Shown here: piece after piece, positions 57,083-64,000 of the stretch
Numbering within the stretch: the first letter of the stretch is position 1
Layout: the number at the start of each line of letters is the position of its first letter
Source of the DNA: an uncultured Rickettsiales bacterium
Lineage (GTDB): Bacteria > Pseudomonadota > Alphaproteobacteria > Rickettsiales > RGZB01
Direction of reading: 5' to 3'
Length of the DNA: 64,000 bases
Assembly: GCA_964467255.1 (NCBI GenBank)
Contig: CAYXPR010000003.1
Span: 79,530-143,529 of the forward strand
Position numbers and translations under genes: made by a program
Notes under the pieces: model-generated
What the model was told of the DNA's origin: nothing
Databases searched by the model: none
What the model saw: only the letters and a program-made list of their open reading frames with translations

Positions 57083-58960
57083 CTATTTCATCATTACGTA
57101 GTCACCCGGCGCATCCCGCAGGGGTTTGTAACCTTTGCTCGGAGCGCCCATTGCCGGAGGTTTGGTTTTTTCGCCGGACTGTTTTCCCAGCCACGCGCAC
57201 CATTCGGGCCACCACGATCCTTCTTGTGTTTTTGTTTTCCCCCGCCATGCTTCCGGCGCGATATGCTTACCGGCGCTTTGGAAAGTGGAAATTTGGTAGC
57301 TGCGGTGCGGATGGCCGGGCTCGCTGACAATTCCGGCATTATGGCCACCGCTGGTCAGCAGGAACGTCACGTCAGTGTCGGTAAAGTGGCGGATTTTATA
57401 GACGGAATGCCACGGCGCGACGTGATCGCGCTGGGTACTGACGGCGAAAATCGGCACCCGTATATCCGTCAGTGAAATCGATTTGCCGTCCACGGTAAAC
57501 CGTCCCCCGGACAGATCGTTGTTGAGGAAAAGACTCCGCAGATATTCCGAATGCATGCGGTACGGCATGCGGGTGGCATCGGCGTTCCAGGCCATCATGT
57601 CATTGAGGGATGGGCGGTTGCCCAGCATGTATTGCTCAACAATGCGCGACCATACCAGGTCGTAGGAGCGCAGCATCTGGAATGTACCTGCCATATGCTT
57701 CTTGTCCAGATAGCCCTGTTTCCACATTACGTCTTCCAGAAACGCTAATTGGCTCTCGTCGACGAACAGCAGCAGCTCCCCGGCCTCCTCGAAATCCACC
57801 TGCGCGGCGAGTAATGTCAAGCTTTTCAAGCGTTCATCGCCGTCTTTGGCCATCGCGGCGGCGGCAATCGAAAGCAGCGTTCCGCCGAGGCAATAGCCGG
57901 CCGCATGCACTTTCTGCCCCGGGACAATGGCGGTGACGGCCTTCAATGCCTCCATCACGCCGAGATTGAGATAATCCTCGAAGCCTAGGTCGCGGTCACC
58001 GGCATCCGGGTTCTTCCATGAGATCATGAAAACCGTATGGCCTTGCCCGACCAGGTATTTCATCAGCGAATTTTCCGGCGACAGGTCGAGTATGTAGTAT
58101 TTCATGATCCAGGCGGGCACGATCAATACCGGCTCGGCGTAGACTTCCTCGGTGGTTGATGCGTACTGGATCAACTCGATCAGCCGGTCCTGATAAATCA
58201 CCTTGCCCTTGGTAACGGCGATATTTTCCCCGACCTTGTAGTCTTCCGCCCCAGCAGGTGGTTTCTGGGTAATGAGCCGCGACAAATCATCCAGATAATT
58301 CTCCGCGCCTTTGATGAAGTTCGCGCCGCTCTGTTCGGTGGTGGCCTGCGCCACGCGGGGATTGGTGAGCGGGAAATTGAGCGGTGAAAACATATCAAGC
58401 CACTGGCGGGTCAGGAACGGTACGACATCGGCGTGATGACGGGTCACGCCGCGCACATTGCCGGTGGCTTCCTGCCACCATTGTTCGGTCAGCAGAAATG
58501 CCTGTTGATACATGTTATACGGCCAGTTTTGCCAGCCTTCGTCATTGAAGCGGCGATCCTGCGGCAGCGGATGGATGCAGCATTCGGGCTTTTCGCAGCC
58601 TGAGGCCATATGCATTAGGTAATTAGTGAGCAAGGTCGCTTTCTCTCCGGCACTCTGCGCCAGCTCCGCCTGCCTGCCGGGGGCGATGGCCAGATGCGCT
58701 GCCCAATCGAACCAGGCGGTCGCCAGCGCCGCAGGGGACATGCCGGAAAATTTCGACATGGAAGCGTGCAGCAACCGGTCAAACGCCGATGTCTGTTCGG
58801 TTTCATGCTCGACAGCAGGTAGACGCTTCTGCTGTCCGCAGAAGCTGCACACACGACCACCCTTGCCCTCCAAAGGAGCCTTACTACCCGATTTTACTCT
58901 GGTTTCAGGCTCCTTATGTTGCGTTTTTCTGACAAGCTCCATGCTCATCTTTCTCCTCAC
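57083..58960 (-). CDS. phaC: class I poly(3-hydroxyalkanoate) synthase
   Basis: 625 aa with the lipase-box GYCLGG, a conserved PhaC N-domain (AWFDWAAHLAIAPG) and a C-terminal ...GGHNAGIV. Alternative starts lie at 58948 and 58942. Confidence 0.9.
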   Translation of the reverse strand: MRRKMSMELVRKTQHKEPETRVKSGSKAPLEGKGGRVCSFCGQQKRLPAVEHETEQTSAFDRLLHASMSKFSGMSPAALATAWFDWAAHLAIAPGRQAELAQSAGEKATLLTNYLMHMASGCEKPECCIHPLPQDRRFNDEGWQNWPYNMYQQAFLLTEQWWQEATGNVRGVTRHHADVVPFLTRQWLDMFSPLNFPLTNPRVAQATTEQSGANFIKGAENYLDDLSRLITQKPPAGAEDYKVGENIAVTKGKVIYQDRLIELIQYASTTEEVYAEPVLIVPAWIMKYYILDLSPENSLMKYLVGQGHTVFMISWKNPDAGDRDLGFEDYLNLGVMEALKAVTAIVPGQKVHAAGYCLGGTLLSIAAAAMAKDGDERLKSLTLLAAQVDFEEAGELLLFVDESQLAFLEDVMWKQGYLDKKHMAGTFQMLRSYDLVWSRIVEQYMLGNRPSLNDMMAWNADATRMPYRMHSEYLRSLFLNNDLSGGRFTVDGKSISLTDIRVPIFAVSTQRDHVAPWHSVYKIRHFTDTDVTFLLTSGGHNAGIVSEPGHPHRSYQISTFQSAGKHIAPEAWRGKTKTQEGSWWPEWCAWLGKQSGEKTKPPAMGAPSKGYKPLRDAPGDYVMMK

Positions 58961-59422
58961 TTAAGCCGCTTGCTTTGCCTTCTCTTTTTTGGCGCTCGGC
59001 TGACCTGGTTTTGCCAGTTCGGAAAACAACTCTGTGGCTCGCTTGTTAATAATCTTACCCGTTGCCGCACCGTGTTTTACCACCTTGTCGGCGAGTTCCT
59101 TGGAATCACTTAAACTGGATTCCACGGATTCCTTTACAAAATCGGCATGACAGGCGATTTTATCTTCCGGCTTTGCCGATGCGTCCGTCATCTCCGTGAA
59201 GAATTTTGCCAAGTGCTCAGCATTTTTCTGCACAATCTTTACCTGCTGACCGGAAAGGTCGTGCAGATGATCCAGGATAGATGCGCTAATATCGGTGAAA
59301 GCCCTAGCGTTTAACCGCCACACTTCAATATATTTGTCCACCCCCAGGCGGCTTGTAAAAGGAGTCTCCCCCGTCCACGTGGTGAAGAAATTGGAAAACA
59401 CATTTTTCTTGTTATCAGACAT
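58961..59422 (-). CDS. phasin-family PHA granule-associated protein
   Basis: 153 aa, helical and amphipathic, with a Lys/Ala-rich tail. Its stop abuts the phaC start. GGAG lies 9 nt upstream of the ATG. Confidence 0.6.
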   Translation of the reverse strand: MSDNKKNVFSNFFTTWTGETPFTSRLGVDKYIEVWRLNARAFTDISASILDHLHDLSGQQVKIVQKNAEHLAKFFTEMTDASAKPEDKIACHADFVKESVESSLSDSKELADKVVKHGAATGKIINKRATELFSELAKPGQPSAKKEKAKQAA

Positions 59423-59855
59423 GATATTAACTCCATGTTATGTGGTTAAAAACAGTAAACCTACACCCTTGACCCAAGTCCAGAGTCAAGAGAATTCTTC
59501 TGCAAGAGAACGCTGGTTCACTTGCAAAACCTTTCTCGATCATACGTTGTGCCGCTGCTTACCCCCTAAAATATTTTTAGGCGTGTTCAACTCCTCCGTT
59601 ATTAATCCGCCGTCGGTGAGAATGGGCCGATGCAATGTAAATCATCCTCTATTTCCGACCGCAGAGGCGGTTCCTTATGCCTCTCTATCAACCGGACCTG
59701 GGGGGTCATTTTGGAACCTACTGCATTATCGCCATGATAATCCGATGCGTATTGTTTCACCTGAGTGTGTCCGGACATTGTATGCCTCGTTCGTTGAATT
59801 GCTGTTGTTTTGCCATAAAACGTTACTATCAATAACCAAGTACATAAGGCTTGGA

Positions 59856-59871
59856 TTTGATAATTATCAAA
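59856..59871. promoter_or_regulatory. perfect FNR/CRP-family box (TTGAT-N4-ATCAA)
   Basis: TTTGATAATTATCAAA is a 16-bp perfect palindrome. On the minus strand, TATTGA lies exactly 22 nt after the box, which is class II spacing. Confidence 0.5.
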
Positions 59872-60113
59872 CGTCTAAGTACGGTACCAAAGCAGGTGTT
59901 CGTATACGCTCGACCACATCATACCGAAGGTGAGGGCAGTCTAAATCGTGCCCGGCGGCATGGCGCACATAGTCCATGTCATGCCCCCGGTGAATCTCGT
60001 TCCCCCACTATTCCTCTGCGTATATTTGCCTTCGTGTATTTTAGGTGCGTAGGCATCAGCATGAGCAAAGAGAGAAAGACCGGAATGTTGCTCTTTTTCT
60101 GCATATGCTCCTT

Positions 60114-62333
60114 CTATAATTTCACGCGCTTGAGGCGCGAGGCGTTCATGACAACCGACACCGAACTGAGCGCCATCGCTGCGCTGGCGATGACCGGGCT
60201 GAGTAAAATGCCAAAGAACGGGTAAAGGATACCCGCTGCCACTGGCACGCCCAGCGCATTATAGATAAAGGCAAAGAACAGATTTTGCCGGATATTGCGC
60301 ATGGTAGCATGGCTTAATCGGCGAGCGCGGACAATGCCAACCAAGTCGCCCTTCACCAGCGTCACGCCCGCGCTTTCCATCGCCACATCTGTTCCTGTTC
60401 CCATTGCTATGCCGACTTGCGCTTGCGCCAACGCGGGCGCGTCATTTACCCCGTCACCGGCCATTGCCACTTTGCGGCCTTGCGCTTGCAGTTGCCGCAC
60501 CACCTCGCTTTTGCGCTCCGGCAGTACCTCGGCTTCGATATCATCAATCGCCAGCTGTCTGGCAACGGCCTGAGCGGTGGCTTTGCTGTCGCCAGTGAGC
60601 ATGACGATACGCAACCCTTCTTCCCGCAATGCTTTTAAGGCTTCCGGCGTAGTGGCCTTGATTGGATCAGCCACGCTAATCACGGCGGCGGGCTTGCCGT
60701 CGATGGCGGCGAACATCGCCGTTTGACCTTTGCTGCGCAGCTGTTCGGCGGTTTCCGCCAATGGCGCAGTGTCAATGTTAAGTGAGACAAGCAACGCCTT
60801 ATTCCCCAGCGCCACGCTGCGGCCCTCGATACTACCCTTCACACCCTTGCCGGTGATTGATGCGAAATCCTGCACCGAGGCAAGCGTTAGTCCGCGTTCC
60901 TCTGCGCCTTTGACGATGGCGGAAGCTAACGGATGCTCGCTGCTTTTCTCCAGGCTTGCGACCAATCGTAATGTTTCATTTTGTTCAAAACCTTTCACCG
61001 TGACCACTTCCATCAGCTTCGGCTTGCCTTCGGTGAGCGTGCCGGTTTTATCGATAATCAGCGTATCGACTTTCTCCATGATCTCTAACGCTTCGGCATT
61101 TTTAATCAGCACGCCCGCATGTGCGCCGCGCCCGGTTCCGGCGATAATCGACATCGGCGTTGCCAGTCCCAATGCGCACGGACAGGCGATGATCAGTACC
61201 GCCACCGCGTTGACGATGGCATAGGCCAGCTTCGGCTCCGGCCCCCATATTCCCCAAATAATTGCCGTCACAATAGCAATCAACACTACTACTGGCACAA
61301 AATAGCCGGAGACGATATCGGCCATGCGTTGAATCGGCGCGCGGGTGCGTTGGGCTTTGGCGACCATATCGACGATCTGCGCCAGCATGGTTTCATTACC
61401 GACGCGCTCGGCTCGCATGATAAAGCCGCCCGTGCCGTTGAGCGTCGCGCCCGTCACTTTATCGCCGGGGCTTTTTTCCACCGGCACCGACTCGCCGGTG
61501 AGCATGGATTGATCGACGCTGCTGTGACCTTCCACCACTACGCCATCCACCGGCACTTTCTCGCCGGGGCGCACGCGTAGCAGATCGCCCTTCTGCACTT
61601 GCGACAGATGCACATCTTCTTCCTTGCCATCAGGCCGGATGATCCGCGCCATTTTAGGCGCAAGATCGAGCAGTGCCCGCATAGCATTACGCGCCTGATT
61701 GCGGGCTTTCAGTTCCAGCACCTGGCCAAGCAGCACCAGTGCGGTGATAACCGCCGCCGCTTCAAAATACACTTCCAATTCCAGCCCGCCCGCCGCTTGC
61801 GCGATCTGCGAAGGGAACAGCGTGAGAATGAGGCTGTAAATATAGGCAACGCCGACGCCGAGCGCGATCAGCGTAAACATATTCAGGCTGCGGTGTTTGA
61901 TAGAATCCACCGCCCGCACGAAGAACGGCCAGCCGCCCCATAGCACTACCGGCGTAGCCATCACCATCTGTATCCAGCGCGCAACCGGCGTTTTCATCCA
62001 TTCATGCGGAAAATCGGGAATCAGATGCGCGCCCATCACTGCCACCGCCAGCGGCAGCGATAGCACGGCAGACACCCAGAACCGCCGCGTCATATCGATC
62101 AGTTCGGGATCGGGGCCGGTATCCAGCGACACTGCTTCCGGCTCCAGCGCCATGCCACAGATCGGACAACTTCCCGGCTTCGGCTGACGGATCTGCGGAT
62201 GCATCGGACAGGTGTAAATGACTTCCGCGCCAGCCGGAATCTCCTGCTTTGCCGCCGCTTGCTGTGCTTTTTTATGCGGGCAATTATCGCCGTGATGCGA
62301 GTGATCTTCATGCGTTGTGTGGGAGTGTTTCAT
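60114..62333 (-). CDS. copA: copper(I)-translocating P1B-type ATPase
   Basis: The start is trimmed to [16 protein letters not shown]. It has an N-terminal [26 protein letters not shown] Cys-rich metal-binding motif, TM CPC ([12 protein letters not shown]), DKTGTLT and [10 protein letters not shown]. Confidence 0.9.
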   Translation of the reverse strand: MKHSHTTHEDHSHHGDNCPHKKAQQAAAKQEIPAGAEVIYTCPMHPQIRQPKPGSCPICGMALEPEAVSLDTGPDPELIDMTRRFWVSAVLSLPLAVAVMGAHLIPDFPHEWMKTPVARWIQMVMATPVVLWGGWPFFVRAVDSIKHRSLNMFTLIALGVGVAYIYSLILTLFPSQIAQAAGGLELEVYFEAAAVITALVLLGQVLELKARNQARNAMRALLDLAPKMARIIRPDGKEEDVHLSQVQKGDLLRVRPGEKVPVDGVVVEGHSSVDQSMLTGESVPVEKSPGDKVTGATLNGTGGFIMRAERVGNETMLAQIVDMVAKAQRTRAPIQRMADIVSGYFVPVVVLIAIVTAIIWGIWGPEPKLAYAIVNAVAVLIIACPCALGLATPMSIIAGTGRGAHAGVLIKNAEALEIMEKVDTLIIDKTGTLTEGKPKLMEVVTVKGFEQNETLRLVASLEKSSEHPLASAIVKGAEERGLTLASVQDFASITGKGVKGSIEGRSVALGNKALLVSLNIDTAPLAETAEQLRSKGQTAMFAAIDGKPAAVISVADPIKATTPEALKALREEGLRIVMLTGDSKATAQAVARQLAIDDIEAEVLPERKSEVVRQLQAQGRKVAMAGDGVNDAPALAQAQVGIAMGTGTDVAMESAGVTLVKGDLVGIVRARRLSHATMRNIRQNLFFAFIYNALGVPVAAGILYPFFGILLSPVIASAAMALSSVSVVMNASRLKRVKL

Positions 62334-62334
62334 G

Positions 62335-62556
62335 CTATTCCTTGTCTCCGTCATGCGTATGGCCATGATGCCCATGCCCTTTATGCATGAACAGGTGCAT
62401 CAACGGGCAGAGCAGGATGACCAGAAACGGCAGCGCGCCCAGCACGTGCTGCTGGTGGACGATTATGAGGTACAGGCCCAGCGCCGCCAGCGCGATCAGC
62501 ACGGCAATTCCCTTGGGGCTTTTCCACCACGGGCAGGATGATTTCATGTCGGTCAT
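62335..62556 (-). CDS. DUF2933-like small membrane protein with His-rich C-terminus
   Basis: The start is trimmed to [11 protein letters not shown]... It has two TM helices and ends in [22 protein letters not shown]. It has an ATGA overlap with the upstream ATPase, and its stop lies 1 nt before the copA ATG. Confidence 0.6.
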   Translation of the reverse strand: MTDMKSSCPWWKSPKGIAVLIALAALGLYLIIVHQQHVLGALPFLVILLCPLMHLFMHKGHGHHGHTHDGDKE

Positions 62557-64000
62557 GCGTGTTTCTCCTCGTTTGTTCCGTGAGTTTTTTGCTTTATCCA
62601 TTTTCTGATTTCTATGGCAATTACGGGAACAAGCGTCAGTAAACCCATTACGATGCATTCATACCAACTGACGGACGTTACCTTGAAAATATCCTGGAAT
62701 AGCTCCGTGTGATGAAGGGTGAGTTGAAAGGATATGGGAATAGCCACCGCCACCAAATGGTACATATTGGAGGTAAAACCCATTTGAAAAATGGTCTTCA
62801 CATCGCTTCTACAGGCGAACGACCTGAACAGCTCCGTGAATACCAAGAAGGAAAACACATTCGTTCTTGCCGTAATCTCATCGGCGATTTGCAGGCTGTA
62901 GCTATAAACAGCAAGCGCCATGAGGGATGTGATACCGCCAATGAATGCCATTTCCTTATAGAAGTCCTTGTCAAAGAAAGTGCCGGGCGATGGCCGTTTC
63001 GTAGTCGCCAGAGAATCTTTTGGTACAGGCTCAGCGGCCAGCGCCAGCGCGGGAATCCCATCCGTCACTAGATTAATCCACAGCAGGTGGATGGGAGCCA
63101 GCGGCGCGGGCATTCCGGCAATAGCGGCGCCCAGCATCACCAGAATTTCGCTAAAGTTCCCGGACAGGAGATATTGGATGGTCCGGCGAATATTACCGTA
63201 GATCGCTCTTCCTTCCTCGACGGCGGAAACGATGGTGGCGAAGTTGTCGTCCGTCAGAATCATGGATGAAGCCTGCCTGGCCACTTCGGTTCCGCCTTTA
63301 CCCATCGCGATGCCGATGGATGCTTCTTTAAGCGCTGGCGCATCGTTGACACCGTCGCCAGTCATGGCGACTACATTGCCCCGCTCTTTCCAGGCCCGAA
63401 CGATTTTGACCTTATGTTCCGGCGATACTCTGGCGTAAACCGCCACCTTCTCGACCCGTTCTGATAATTCCTCAGGCGACATTTTTTCCAGTTCACCCCC
63501 CGTCAATACCTGGTCGAATTTTCCGTCTTCGACGATTCCCAGCTCGCGGGCGATGGCTTTCGCTGTCACCGGATGGTCGCCAGTAATCATGACGACTTTT
63601 ATGCCTGCGGCCTTGCAGGCCATGATGGCCGGGATACTCTCTTGCCGCGGCGGATCGGCGATGGCGACCAAACCGAGGAAGGTGAGATCGTTTTCCACGG
63701 AAGAAAAATCTTCATAAGCGCTGGTATCAAAATCCGTCCCGGATACGGGGAGAATCTTCTGCGCGAGCACCAGCAGTCTTCTTCCTTTAGAAGATAAATC
63801 ATTTATGGCCTTTTCAATTTTATCCCTGTCGCCGCCGCTTAACTGGCAGAGCGGCAGCACCGATTCAGGAGCTCCTTTACAATGGAGGATCGTTTGGTTA
63901 CCGGCACGCACGGCAACGCTCATCCGCTTTCGGTTGCTATCGAAGCTCCACTCGGCAAGCCGTGGATATTCAGTGTTGAGCGCCCTGGCGGTTAAATGAT
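62553..64000 (-). CDS. P2-type (Ca2+/Mg2+-like) cation-transporting ATPase, C-terminal part (5' end outside window)
   Basis: The frame stays open to the window edge (…FDSNRKRMSVAV…). It has [26 protein letters not shown] and the C-terminal TM bundle. Confidence 0.85.
   Translation of the reverse strand, partial: HLTARALNTEYPRLAEWSFDSNRKRMSVAVRAGNQTILHCKGAPESVLPLCQLSGGDRDKIEKAINDLSSKGRRLLVLAQKILPVSGTDFDTSAYEDFSSVENDLTFLGLVAIADPPRQESIPAIMACKAAGIKVVMITGDHPVTAKAIARELGIVEDGKFDQVLTGGELEKMSPEELSERVEKVAVYARVSPEHKVKIVRAWKERGNVVAMTGDGVNDAPALKEASIGIAMGKGGTEVARQASSMILTDDNFATIVSAVEEGRAIYGNIRRTIQYLLSGNFSEILVMLGAAIAGMPAPLAPIHLLWINLVTDGIPALALAAEPVPKDSLATTKRPSPGTFFDKDFYKEMAFIGGITSLMALAVYSYSLQIADEITARTNVFSFLVFTELFRSFACRSDVKTIFQMGFTSNMYHLVAVAIPISFQLTLHHTELFQDIFKVTSVSWYECIVMGLLTLVPVIAIEIRKWIKQKTHGTNEEKHA

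Noticed and set aside
59295-59933. 212-aa plus-strand ORF in the track, spanning the phasin start and the non-coding gap
   Set aside because: It overlaps the well-supported phasin gene in antisense. It has no ribosome-binding site and no recognisable domain, and its composition looks non-coding. I treat it as a spurious reading frame.
60063-60100. Terminator-like hairpin GAGCAA-N19-TTGCTC followed by TTTTTCT on the plus strand, just downstream of copA
   Set aside because: The stem is only 6 bp with a 19-nt loop, and its orientation is wrong for terminating the minus-strand copA transcript. It is too weak to call as a terminator or as the 3' end of an sRNA.
1-64000. CRISPR arrays, rRNA genes, IS elements or transposases, tmRNA/RNase P-like RNAs
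   Set aside because: I saw no regularly spaced direct repeats, no rRNA-like conserved stretches, no DDE or IS-type transposase ORFs, and no terminal inverted repeats bracketing a gene. The only recombinase is the serine recombinase at 47811-49352.

Overview
This is a 64-kb chromosomal segment whose gene order looks alphaproteobacterial: leuS-lptE-holA, parB-parA-rsmG-mnmG-mnmE, metX-metW, a DUF3576 lipoprotein upstream of leuS, and TTAA-N7-TTAA(C) boxes. I support about 60 CDS and one tRNA. I saw no rRNA, CRISPR array or IS-type transposase. Bases 1-45.9 kb are housekeeping core: moeA, plsY, dprA, topA, metXW, yggS, a porin, leuS-lptE-holA, the partition cluster with two perfect parS palindromes, comM, a sensor kinase, TRAP dctQM, arsC, parC, recO and era-rnc-lepB. 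Several lineage-specific oddities interrupt this core: a degenerate glutamine-synthetase-fold protein, a Cys-less redoxin/2OG-oxygenase fusion, an ECF sigma module with an 81-bp-repeat periplasmic protein, an AT-rich in-frame insert in leuS, an AT-rich orphan membrane gene, and a tandem pair of TIMP/NTR-like secreted proteins wedged between era and recO. tRNA-Ser(GCU) at 45.9 kb is followed by an AT-rich island of about 6.8 kb. The island encodes a large serine recombinase, DUF2924, DUF5681 and a ParB-N/DNA methyltransferase. It carries two candidate conflict modules: a translationally coupled ImmA/IrrE peptidase plus DUF4411 PIN-like pair, and an orphan 165-aa gene divergent from an XRE regulator across a 31-bp near-perfect palindrome. 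From 52.8 to 59.4 kb lies a tightly packed six-gene operon, phasin-phaC-fabI-ppk2-(MaoC-pta)-ackA. Upstream of it is a 690-bp non-coding gap containing a perfect FNR/CRP-type palindrome. From 60.1 to 64 kb lies a translationally coupled P2-type ATPase / DUF2933 / CopA block that runs off the window. All functional calls rest on motifs I recognise by eye in the translations. No database search was run.
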